A stretch of DNA of 60,169 bases, the filler included, from Hausera hauseri (Eukaryota), in NCBI GenBank assembly GCA_046269625.1. It is 12 parts of 12 records of this genome, joined end to end, with 100 filler letters (N's around TTAATTAATTAA, not from the genome) between each part and the next. Parts side by side here need not be neighbours in the genome. Positions count along the whole stretch, not along the records: positions 19,887 to 25,104 come from JBJURY010305055.1; positions 25,205 to 30,057 come from JBJURY010414144.1; positions 30,158 to 34,151 come from JBJURY010833080.1; positions 34,252 to 38,295 come from JBJURY010797757.1; 8 more parts are not named here. One strand, 5' to 3'. The position numbers and the translations under genes were made by a program. Shown here piece after piece: positions 24,814 through 37,200 of this stretch (positions are counted from its first letter, which is position 1; every line of letters starts with the position of its first letter). Below the pieces are notes generated by a model. It was not told the origin of the DNA, made no database searches, and was given only the letters and a program-made list of their open reading frames with translations.

Positions 24814-26088
24814 TGAAATAAAATCTTTGAATTCTGGCCTTAATAAGATGTGATAATGAAGTATAGGTAGCCTGATAGAGTCAATAATAATAAACGATGG
24901 AAAACAATAAACTGATTATAATAGCAATAGAAGCATGAAAAGAATAAATAGAAGAATTAAATGAATTAATATTGATTTTAGGATGTGTTATATGCAAAGA
25001 ATCTCCGGAAGTTAACAATGGAAGAAAAAACTCATGTCCGCTATGTTATCTCGTCGAAAAGATGAAGCATCGGGAAGATCAGTTCGAGTGCGCATACTGC
25101 GGGGNNNNNNNNNNNNNNNNNNNNNNNNNNNNNNNNNNNNNNNNNNNNTTAATTAATTAANNNNNNNNNNNNNNNNNNNNNNNNNNNNNNNNNNNNNNNN
25201 NNNNATAAATTTTTATTTCTTATGTTTTTCTCATTAAAGGGGTGGGAAAACCGCTTTGTTCCGGGGTGGGAATAGTGAAACTCAATTGGCCCCAAAAATC
25301 CTTTGTTCCGGGATGGGAATAGTAAAACCCAATTGGCTCCAATGCTCTCTGATTGGTCCTCTACTCCTACTGGCTTACTTACTTCCCCATCATGATGTGT
25401 CCTCTTCTCATTCGCCAGTTTCCCATCCCCTCGATCACGTGGTCTCCTCCTATTAGCTTCCTTCCCTGGGGGGGGGGGGGTTTGGAGCCAAGTCCTCACA
25501 TCCAACTACTGTTGTACTTTATCGTAAACATATTCTGGATTTTGCGATATACAACTTTTGAGTCTCTTTCTTAAGTCATTTAGACTTCGTCTTAGAGTAC
25601 TTGTTGTTTGTTTAGGTGATTTGGCAGGTTTTTCATTATGAAGTCGTCGATTAGGAGGAATATAATTTACATGTTTTTCAATTCCTTATTTCCATTTGTT
25701 TTCCTGTCGTACCATGAAAATTCTACCTACTGGTTTTAGTAGAGCAGCTAATATTTTCCAGGTACATTTAGTTATGGCGTAAATTGAATATGCACCTACA
25801 CATGTCATGCATCCATTTTTAAGAATTACAAATCCATAATAAAATACTAGTATAGTGGAGGCTATATTACTAACCACTGAAAATGTCCAAAGACCTTTTT
25901 TATAATTCTTTCTTGGAGGTCAAGATCTAGTACACTTTGCCATCCTTTACTATAATCTCTAGATGATGTTCCACCCATTAAGACTGCATGTCCTAATCGA
26001 TTAAACTCCTGTTATCTTATTATAGTGAACATGATTTGTTTTATGAATGTATTTAACTCATTTGGGTTACATAATCTTACATTCGCTG

Positions 26089-26130
26089 TGTGGTGCCGCG
26101 ATGGCGGGCGCGTCTGGTTCTTCCGACGGA
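26089..26130 (+). mobile_element. Short LTR head (copy G)
   Basis: TGTGGTGCCGCGATGGCGGGCGCGTCTGGTTCTTCC resembles the PPT-preceded heads at 45589(+) and 34386(-), and the start plus end of the long head. Confidence 0.6.
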
Positions 26131-26666
26131 AAGATTTCGTCCATTGAACAATCCATCCAAAACAAACCTGTTCGGATCACTTCGAATTCAGAAAGAATAT
26201 TCAGCAGGAATTCCGGTGAAACTAAATAATGCCTTATGCAAACCCCGATGGTTCTTATACTGTAATTGTTCTAATCAAGTGGTATAAATATCGGCCAAAT
26301 CTTTCGTCTCTCAAACCATTGGACAAAATGAATTTGGAGTAAATGGAAGCGATTTACGTTACGGCATTTACCGTTTAAGAAAAGTGGAATTTATAGGTTG
26401 GATGACATCCTTAAAGAACTCTACACAGCACCATGGTTGGTTTTATTTACTTGTTTCAGCACAAGAAATTGTTGATTAGTTCATGTACCACAGATGTATT
26501 CAATTTCTGCTGCGAAACTCTGTTCCTAACTTAACTACATTTAATGATTTTGGATATTGCCGTGTTTCTGCCTTTAATTAAAATTTGTTAACATAGAATA
26601 CATTTTATAATTGATGATTGATAATTGATTACAATAACGTTTGAATAAATTTTTACATTACGACTT

Positions 26667-29600
26667 TTGATTTTGGGATTTTCTCAGATTATCGTTGATA
26701 TTCGCTTTGGAATTTATTTATCAACATTAAAACTGGTGTCAGAAGTATTTTTCATTGTGTGGTGCTTTTCGGCAGTTTACTTAATCTTATTCTTTGTTTC
26801 ACTGGTTTTGGGATATCATTCAGAAAAAAAGTTGAAGATGTTTATCATATTTTTGATTGTTTGCAGCGATATATTTGTGTTCAGTCATCCTATAGTATCA
26901 GTCATCATTCTACTCCATCCATCGTTGTTTTACAATTGCACATTGACGACAAAGATTTTACACAATGTTGGATTATATAATTACTTTTCCATGAAGTACT
27001 ACCATATTATTCGTCTCATATTGCCGGATGTCTACGTATTTTTGGTATCCATTTTTGTGCTCATTTTTCTACACAGCTCGTCTACGGAGATGGACAGTTT
27101 CGAGAATATGCGCAACAAAATTCTGGATTCTTGGCTTTATCAAAGAATAAAAATCATTTTTACTCAACTTCTAATATTATTCGTCAGTATATTATCTCCT
27201 TCATTTACGAATTTCACCTATTTCTTCATGTTCATTCTCGTCGATACAATGTGGGCCGGCGGATTGCGAATTACATCACGATGTCTTTTGTCTATACGAA
27301 CATTCATCATGACCTATTTGGCGATCAATATTAGTTTAATTTATGCTGTACAGTTTGAATATTTTCGAGAATGGTTTCCAGACAATAAATTACATTCAAG
27401 ACTACTCGGGATTTATCATTTCGTCGAATTCCCATGTAGAATTAAGAATGAATTTAATGTTTTACGTCAAAGGATTTACGATTTCCTTGTTCCGCCGATT
27501 TTGGTTATATTGTACTACATTCATTCATTCGATAGTGGTGTATATTTTGATACGAAAACATTGGAGAACCTTGCCATAATGCCACAGTTTTTGAAACGCA
27601 GAGGAGCCCACAGTTATATCAATTCCAGCAACGAAACAAAATCAGAAATCATTAATGTTAGTCGTCCATTTACGTGGAGCATAATAAATTCAGTTATCAG
27701 AAACAGCTATATATTATCATTTATCGCCATGATGGTATGGAGTGTTGCATATACATCGTGGTTAACGTTCTTGTTTATTTTCACCGCATGTATTCTATGG
27801 TTAATGCCAGACGCAAGAAAGGCTTGTTTAATGTGCAGTCCCGCCATAGTAGCATATGGGATTGCAATGAACTTGGCATTTTATCTTTCAAACATAAACA
27901 TACGTGACTTAATCAATTTAATTTTGTCCCGTTTTTCATATTTGCAATTGACAACCTTTCAGTCGGATATTCCATTTGTGCCACTCTTGCTTTCGTTTGT
28001 ATATTTGATAATATTCTGGATGACTCTAAAAATTCTAGACAAAGAAAGAGAACGGAAGTTAGAAGCTATGGTACCCGGAGCTCCACAGTTTGAAGATAAC
28101 AAACTGTACAAATTATATGTGGTATTCATACGCTACGTTTGTACCAAATATTGGCTGGTTGTGTGCTGTATAAGCTTACTGATGGAATCATTACAGAAAA
28201 CAACGAACGCTATATTTATCATCTATTTCATACTCATTACATACTTTTTATATTTCTTTATGTTACAATATAATGTGTGGAGAAAGCAACTCTACGCATT
28301 CCTATGGGTTGTCGTGGGTTATTCACTCATAACCGTATTCGCAATATATACATTCCACTTCAAAATCTTCCGAGATTTATGGATTAAACTGGAATATATA
28401 TCTGGAATTAAACTTAGTGACATTGGCTTGAATTCGTATCCTCCTCACGATTTATTCGAAGCTCTAATGACTCCCGTTTCGCTTCTTGTTATTACTATAA
28501 TACAAGTGCGTTATTTTCATCAAGTCTTTATGAAAATAATTTCATTTGATACCAGAGACGGAGGAAAACGAGAATCACCATACAGACTTAAAATAACAGC
28601 ATCAACACTTTCAGCGTATGATCAAAACTTTGTTGTTTCAACATTTCATATATTGTTGGCCCGTATGCAAAGATCGAAAGGTCCTCAAGAATGGAACTAC
28701 TTTGTATCAGACGTGAACGCAGCATTCGTTATAATAGCAAGTAAAATATCAGTTTACATCAGGATTTTGGGTGATAAATTTTGGATATTTCTTGAAATCC
28801 ACATAACAAAATTCGTTATTTTTTTAATATCCTACGTAATAACAAATGATGTCAATGATTATCATTTTGACTATGCTCTTTTGGTTGCTTTACTCTTTCC
28901 CATTACACGTTTACATAAGATATTCATTTTACTGTTGTATACGCTTTTGGTAGTACAAATGTTGTCGCGAATGATCTTTCAACTTACTTTTGTAAATGAT
29001 GAGCAGTGGATTGTTGACTGCAACATTAAGAATATATTTTCTGTAAATCGCAGTACGAGAAATATGAATCTTGCAGTATATTTCGGATACACCAAATTCC
29101 ATAATTTCAGATCATCCAACTGGTTTATAACATTCAATATAATTCTATGTGCGTTTTGGTTTGTTTTACTGTACCATCAACACAGGAGAGAAACATGGCC
29201 AAGAGAAAAGAGCGTTTTGTTTCCTGAAGCCAGCTGCAAAAATGCCAACGATTCAGTGGTCAATATTTTAAAACTTACATTGAATTATATTTTTTACAAA
29301 ATAGGCTTGGAGTTATGCTTAATAATGACTGTTATTGATGCATATATACGACTCGATGCCATCTCCATGTTTTACCTAGTATTACTGTTACTATATCTTC
29401 CCTCATCTAGATTATTATGTTCACAACTTTGGCCAATATACTTAGTAATTGTCTGTTTGCTCATACCAATCCAGTATATGATTTGTGTTGGTTATTTTCC
29501 AGGATTTTGCAAAGACTATATGGTAATCACAAACCAGAACTTGGTCAAATGGCCTTTTCTTCCAAATTATGAAATTCCTCTAGAATCCAAAAAAATATTC

Positions 29601-29900
29601 GTCGATGTACTTCTCCTTGTCTTCATTTGTTGTCAGTACCACGTATTTCGTATTGAAAAACAATCATTGGACTACAAAGGTGGACGAAACATTCCAACCT
29701 TAGTCAACGATATGCCCGATATTGAAAAGAAGGATTTCACGGTTGCTGAAGTATCTGAGATATCAGACACCGTCCAGTGGGTGCCTGCAGAAGAGAAGTT
29801 TTTAAACACTTACAGCGAAGAATCAAAAGATGACTTGTCGGTATCAAAAGGTAATCATGATGATTTCTATCAATTTGATCTCAGTCCAATAAATTCTCTG
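26667..29900 (+). CDS. piezo: Intronless Piezo mechanosensitive channel N-terminal half (truncated, probable retrocopy; no pore domain)
   Basis: Multi-TM ORF with Piezo signatures NC...ILHNVGL..IIRLILPDV, SFIAMMVWSVAYTSWLTF, FWIFLEIHITK, FYKIGLELCL, LWPIY..QYMICVGYFPGFC, DVLLLVFICCQYHVFRIE. About 1,080 codons with no intron or stop. Confidence 0.9.
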
Positions 29901-29902
29901 GT

Positions 29903-29952
29903 TGGGGAACCGAGCGTGCCCGCCCCCGCTGCGCCGCGTCACTTATCCCTGT
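29903..29952 (-). mobile_element. Inverted short LTR head (copy H) with PPT-like AGGGATAAGTGA
   Basis: Reverse complement ACAGGGATAAGTGA-CGCGGCGCAGCGGGGGCGGGCACGCTCGGTTCCCC aligns with ACAGGGGGTGA-TGTGGTGCTGCGGTGCTGGACACAACTCGTCTTCCC at 45578-45624. Confidence 0.55.
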
Positions 29953-30157
29953 TAATTTTTTTTAATAACATGCACATCAGTACCTTTTATGCTCCACACA
30001 CGGGTACCTTGCATTGTCTCTACTCACATCTAGTCTCTCTCCTCCACTCGTCTGAATNNNNNNNNNNNNNNNNNNNNNNNNNNNNNNNNNNNNNNNNNNN
30101 NTTAATTAATTAANNNNNNNNNNNNNNNNNNNNNNNNNNNNNNNNNNNNNNNNNNNN

Positions 30158-31020
30158 GAATACATACATTTGTGCAACATATGTCTAATAAATTGGTGAT
30201 GAGACAAAAATACCATTTTTGCTGTAATGGCAATTGTGTACCAAGAAACAGCATTGTCCATCAACTCTGCACCATCCGTTCCCATATTGTACTCTTTCAC
30301 AATGGACGGAATTTTTATTCATACTTTAGTGGATCCTTCTTTTGATTTTTCCGCCCGTTGACATCATCTAATGAAAAGGCATTTTGAAAATTTTAACCAA
30401 TAATCGAACATTTATTGTCCAATCACTTTACCATAGTGATGCCATTATTTGCATCAACTTGTGCAAAATAAGAGCCTCTTTCTTATTTCGTTAAAGAGGA
30501 ATCCTCTTCCAGTGGACATTTATTGGTCCTATTTTCTCTCATTGTTCCAATGGTAGGAACTTTCTTTGCGGCTAGTTGGAAAAGTAAAGAATAACTATTG
30601 AAAAAATTGTCATAAAAGATCACGTTTGATTGAATTATGGGAACTTTGTCACATAAATTCAAAGTTACCATTGTGTCCAGAGGTTTATTTGAATATGAAC
30701 TTTTATCTTTTCCACAATAAAGATATATATGATAGCAATATCCACTCTTTACATTCAAACACTAGTTTTTCATACCAAACCTTATAGATTTGTTTCTGAT
30801 AAATTATTTTAATGAATTATGGCCAAAACATTTGACAATTTATTCGTCAGTTGAAAAGTATTCTTCAAATATTCCAAATTGCTTGAATTTCTCATTCAAT
30901 GCATCATAAACTTTTTTTACTTTGAAATCTTTGGGACTATCCTTTGTAATTTCATAATTATTTGAAATATAGAAAACTTTTTATTAGCAGATGTCTGCCT
31001 CTATTAATGGCACTTTTTAT
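30158..31020 (-). pseudogene. piggyBac (PGBD-type) transposase remnant
   Basis: FSTDE..KCFGHNSLK*FIRNKSIRFG, GYCYHIYLYCGK, IFYDNFFNSYSL...IGTMRENR, YNMGTDGAELMD. Confidence 0.9.
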
Positions 31021-31027
31021 TAGAGGT

Positions 31028-32240
31028 GTTATATATTGGGGTGGCCCTATTCAACTCCCTCTATATAACAATCGTTTCACTTGAGTTTATTATCACTATG
31101 TGGCCCGGTTTATTGTAATCGTATAGACTGCCTGTACCTTAACGAATTTTATATCTCTGTGCTGGTACTGTGTGCGTTGATTTGTGCGTAGTTTACGAAT
31201 ATCTCTCTCTTAGCTATATATATATATTAAGTCTCAATTTTACCTTATTGTGGTCTAATCACCCTTAAGGTGCGAAGGAAATTATAAGAGAATTTAAAAG
31301 AAAATTTAATACCAACTTTATTCCACAATAGGATACAGCTTCGATCAACACGAATCAATGATACTGGTAATGTCTATTCGGAATTTATCACCACACTTGA
31401 TTAACCAAGAAGAGAATTATCTTCTCTCTGAACTTTCTGATTCACAATTTTTAGGAATCCCTTATATAGTTTTTCTATCGCTACCTCCAGCTATTAATTA
31501 TTTGTCGCATCAATTTTTTCTTATTTTCCTTAATTGATGTCTCGACGGATACATTACAATTCAATTATTTTGAAACTTCCTATCAAATTCATAATTGATG
31601 TCTTCATGAAAATATCTCATATTTCTATTTTATTAATTTTTATATTTGCACATACAAAAGAATATGATTACGGCTATGTACATACTTTCTACATAATGTT
31701 GCTTATTTTCGGTGGTTTATAACAGAGGAATACCAAAATCTTCCTTCATACTACAATAGAGATTCTGTATGGGTAATGTGTGATATCCACTGAAAAATAA
31801 AATTCTAATGAATATTTTAATTTCTTTCATAGTAATATAAGCATTGTGAATATTTTTTCATAGCATATTTGTTAGATTGTTCCACAATGTCTTGTAGTAT
31901 TGTTTCAATCATAAAGAGTTGAAAAAGTTAAACCATATCTAATTCTGCTAAATGTTGGCAATGTTCTAACTTTTCTTTTTCATTGAATTCCTTTTTATCA
32001 ATGCCATATACAACCTATATATCCAAATTAGTCCATTTTGCATTAAAAATTAGCTTACGAATCTTATATGGAGTAGCAATTTGGTCTTCAGTATTTTCAT
32101 CATGATATTCAATTTGATATTTCCCAGCTATATCACCTTTAATTGTAAGAACACCAGTATCATCTTCCTCAATATCATCTTCATCTGTTATAGTCAACCT
32201 GCTCAGGTGGAAGTGTTCAATCCCCACCAATTTTACTTGG
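31028..32240 (-). mobile_element. Probable decayed LTR-element 3' part (ORF remnant and LTR ending ...TATATAACA) inserted at the piggyBac
   Basis: Minus-strand AATAAA signals and a terminal ACA at 31028; degraded ORF upstream; family not identifiable. Confidence 0.3.
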
Positions 32241-34251
32241 TCGAGTCTATTAAGGTTTAACGTGTGTGAATTAATAGGCGAACAAGATCAATCGATAACC
32301 AGATATCTTATTCCTACCTAGCCTTAACATATGCCTGTTTATGTGAGTGTGAGTAGGTTGTGGACCGATAAAGATTAATTTACTTACTAATGTTATAATT
32401 GACTCTGATTATTTAGGTTTTAGACGGGCTGCCGTCGGGTAGGGTAGACCTGGATGGCGATATTCCAAATTATTACTTAGTTTTATTTAATTATTCAGTT
32501 AATTAGAATCGATAACAAAACAATGGCAATACAATAAATATAATATCTCCAGAAAAAGAAATGCTATAAATTAACAATTTCATAAACACTTACAGATATA
32601 CGTGATTATCAGATACACGACAAGCAGAAACCTTTTTGTTCATATTTGACTAAAAACTGCCAAGTATTTATACTTGGTTGATCATCTGCTTTTTCACATA
32701 ATATTGTTTAAAATTCACAAAATATTGTTTAAAATCAATACAATATTGTATAAGGGCTTTTATTAATGTTTAGAACACATGTTGAAAAAGTCATTAAATG
32801 AAAGTTTCATGCGAAATAACAACGAGAATAAATGAGAAATCACACTTCAACATTTAAATGTAGCATGAGAAATTTAAATGTATCATGAGAATAAATTCAT
32901 TCAATCACTACTGAGTTAATATTCGTCAATTTCGATGGAGGTCGGAGTAAATTGTCCCAAATTTACTCAGGAAGAGGTTGAAAGAGTGTCTTGCCTGTGG
33001 ATGTTTTACATTGTATGCTGTCTGGCATATAAGGTTCACCATCCAACGTAATTGCTTCATCGATTTCTATCTGTCTTTTTCATAAAGATGTAAGAGATGA
33101 TCTTTTAAGAAGTTTGTTGGTAGGAGTACTCTCACTTATTACTTCATCCTTCCATTGTAAGCCGTTATAAATCACTTGATAACATTGCACTAATGCCGTG
33201 CTACGCAACGGCATTGCGCGCATTTCGTAAAATCGGTTTGCTAATTCTATAGTTAATAGAAGTCAGTTTGTATTTTTAGATCACATCTGGCCGATTTGGA
33301 ATGCTTGTTTTAGATAGTTTATCAAGAACTGTACTGATTGAAATTCCAAGATGTCAGACATCTAATGGAGTATGACTTCAACACAGTAGGAGATAACAGT
33401 GGCTATGTTGGAAATAGATATTTCGTCTAAATCAAAATACTCTGTTGTACTTGTTAGTGTTTTACATGGAAGACAGTTGACTAGAGCTGAAATATAATGA
33501 AAAAATGAAAACAGGACTTCAGCATCGCTTGTGCTTGTTGTTTAACACAGATGTGGTGACTAACAGTCTGATTAGAGAGAATATGGTTAAAAAATAAAAA
33601 TAGCTCAGCTACCATGAGAATGTACAACAGTGCAGGCTTTTAATACTCTTAGACCACCATTAATGTGGTAATATCATGCAACATGAAGCCCAAACAAACA
33701 CATTCATGGAATCAGACTGAATTTCAAAAGTACTGCAAACATAGCACTGCGATCTGCCCTCGCTTTGATTAAAATAGGCCCCTCGAAATGATACGTTTCA
33801 TGCATTTTGTTAATTAAATGCTGAAGCAAAACCCCATCACGATGAAGTGAACTGGTTTGATAAAGCCAGATCTGGACAGAGACAATGCATAGGTACTTTT
33901 TCTTTCAAGGCGAAATAAGACGTTTTAAGTTGACTATTGTGTTTCTTTTGAGGCAGGCTAATTAATGAATATGCCAGTCTTGTAAAGTCGTCCCGGCAGC
34001 TGTTTCAGCATGTGATATCGCATTATCAGTAGTGATAATCTTGTAGTTATGTTTGTCACCTCCGATACCTGGCATACCACGTGGCAACGTTCTGTTGCCC
34101 CTTCATATTTATAACTTAATCTGAAACTATAACAACGCAGATATGTTTTCCNNNNNNNNNNNNNNNNNNNNNNNNNNNNNNNNNNNNNNNNNNNNTTAAT
34201 TAATTAANNNNNNNNNNNNNNNNNNNNNNNNNNNNNNNNNNNNNNNNNNNN

Positions 34252-37200
34252 TGTGCTGTTCGTCTGCTAAACAAGATATAGACCAAACGGTAACAAAGCG
34301 GGACAAAAATCGTTCCGGCCTAGCTGCGTCAAACGGTGAATCTATTGCCAGAAATTGAGGGCCATGTCCTAGACCGTGGCACTACATCTCCCTCCCGTGG
34401 AAAAAAAGGAACTGTAGAGTGAAAAAGAAGGAGGTGAAACGCTAAATTGTTTAGTGCCTATTGGGTTTGGTGTGTATGAGGGGTTCTGTTCCGTCTATTG
34501 ATTTTTGCTTGCTATAGGTGCTGAATGTCACTCTGCGTGTCCTATTTGGTTGGTTTGTGCTTGGTTGTTGAACGATGTTTTGTGGTGGACGTTTTGTAGG
34601 GTTTTCTGATTCACTGTGCTGTGTTGCTTGAGGTGAAGAGGTTGAAGATTGTAGAGGGAATAAATTGAACGAGAGACGCGAAGAAACTGAAGGTGGTGTG
34701 GATGAGGAAAAATGAGAGAAAGAGGCGTGAAGAGAAAACTAAGTAAGCGATGTAGATTCAGTAAGCGGTTTGCAAGTTGGGGGTGCTTTAGTGTGAGAGA
34801 AAAGTGGTTGCTGTAACGGAGCGAAATCATGGAGAAAGTTTGAGGAAGGAATGGAAGAAGTGAGAGTTGAGTTGGAGTTGGAGGTACAATCGGCATCCGG
34901 ATTGTCATCAACGAAAAAAGCGGGCTCAAGGTTTGAGATGAGGACATTGTAGGGTTTTTCTTGGAGTAGAATGGTAGCTGTATGAGATGAGAGGTGAAGT
35001 AGTTTGTATGGACCAACATACTGAGGTCGAAAACCCGAAGATGATTGATTCTTTAGCCATACAAATTTGGTTAAGTATAAATTCTTTGGTATGTACGATA
35101 TGTTATTGTTAAATAAGCAGCAGAATGAGTTTGAGTTGACCTCGACAAAGTGCGACTGTGCCGCGCGAATGCTTTCATCTGTCGGATTGTCAACAAGGTG
35201 GGAAAGTTCAAACAGGGCCCGTGTTGGAGTCCCAAAAAGTGCCTTGGCTAGAGCACAACCCGTGGTGGTAGAAGGAGTGTTGCGCCAACCGAGTAAAACG
35301 AATGGCTAGATGGACGTCCAATTGCGATGATTGTCTGCTAGGACTTTTAAAGAAATTTTCATAGTTCGATGGAATCTTTCAAGGAGTCCATTTGCTTGTT
35401 GGTGATACGGTGTTGTATGGAAATGTGATATTCTCAAGCGTTTAACAAGCGATTTAAAAAAATCTGACTCGAACTGCGGACCTTGGTCCGTTATGATGTG
35501 TCGTGGGGATCCGAAGCGATTGATCCAGATTTTGATGAAGGCGTCTGCTACTGAATCAGTGTTTGTTGAACGGAGAGGTACGGCTTCAAGCCAGCGAGAA
35601 GCACAATCCATCATAGTGAGAATATGTTGATACCCGTTGTCGGAAGGTAAAGGTACGACGAGATCAAGATGGATGGTATGAAAACGTGATGTACATGGGA
35701 AATGGTAAAGCGGCAATTTCAGATGTTTGTTGACTTTGTATTTTTGACAGGCGACGCATTCTTTAACCCAACCCTGTACATCTGTGAGCATTGATGGCCA
35801 AACTACATTACGTTGGAGCAAGCGAAAAGTGGCTTTCGAGCCTGAATGATAGAGTGAATGCGTGTGAAGAAAAGCTGGCTTTTGCAGAGAAGGAGCGAGA
35901 ATGATTTTTTTATTACCGGGGTTAGATGTGTCGTATGCGATTCCACCAATGATTTTGAAGGATTTGAAAGAGTTAAGAATATCTGCAGACGGTTGATTGA
36001 GCTTTAGAATTTCAGTAGAAAATATTGGCTCTACCGTAATTGAGCCGATCGACCGTGATAGGAAATCCGCAACCAAATTTTCCGTACCTGAAATATACTT
36101 TATGACAAAACTAAATGTGCATAGGTACTATATCTGTCGTTCCTGCTTCGGTGATGGTTGTTTTAGTGACATGATGTGTAGCAGAGGCTTGTGATCTGTT
36201 TGGATGATATATGGACGAGAGAGGAGGAGATGTTTGAAATGTTTTACTGCCGGAACTATGGATAGTAGCTCACGATTGAATGTAGAATATCCGCTTTCTG
36301 GTTGTGTAAGTTTTCGAGAGTAAAATTCCAAAGATTCATCGATGCCGTTGGAAATTTGGTGTAATATTGCACCAGTAGCTGTGGAAGAGGCATCGGTGGT
36401 AAGTCTTAGTTCCGCGTCGGGTTTTGGGTAGGCCAGTATTTCGGCGGTTTTTAGGCCTTTGCGTAAGTGATCGAATTTGGTGACTAAATCGGGAGTCTAT
36501 TGGATTAACTGTCTTTTCTTTCCAGATGAAAGGTGTGCGAAAGGTGCCGTAAGCTTAGAGCAATGTGGTATGTATTTATGGACAAAATGTAGTGTTCCAA
36601 GAAAACTTCTCATATCTTTAGTGGTCGTTGGTAGTGTAACGTTTTTTAATTGCTGTAGTCGATCAGGTTGTGGAGAATGGCCGTGAAGAGTGATAATGTG
36701 GCCTAAGAAATTGACGCGTTTCTGAAAGAAATTGCACTTAAAGAAATTAACATGTAAGTTTTTATGACGTAGTGTGTGATAAGTGATTTGGAGGTGTTTA
36801 TGGTGTTGTTTCACGGATTTGGAGGCAACTAATATGTCGTCGATGCAGAGATGAGAAAATCAAGGCCTGAGAGAACAGTGTCGATGTGGCGTTGGAAAGT
36901 TTGTGCTGCGTTACGTAAACCGAGTGGCATAAACATGTATTCGTAAAGTCCAAATAGAGTGATGACAGCAGTCTTTGGGATGTCATCGTGTGCAACGGGA
37001 ATTTGATGGTAGGCTTTGTGAAGATCTATTGTGGAATAGGTATTGGTGTTGTTAAGACTGTGTAGGATGTCTTTTATGAGCGGTAATGGGTAAGCATCCA
37101 TGATGGTTAGATTGTTCAGTAGACGGTAATCGCCACATGGTCGAAAGGTACCGTCCTTTTTGCCACTACATGTAATGGTGAAACCCATGGTGATTTGGGT

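Noticed and set aside
26083-29944. Target-site duplication around the G-H Piezo unit
   Set aside because: Flanks TCGCTG and TCACTT match only 4/6, which is not convincing.
32500-34151. Possible transposase remnant on the - strand
   Set aside because: No recognisable catalytic motif could be read.
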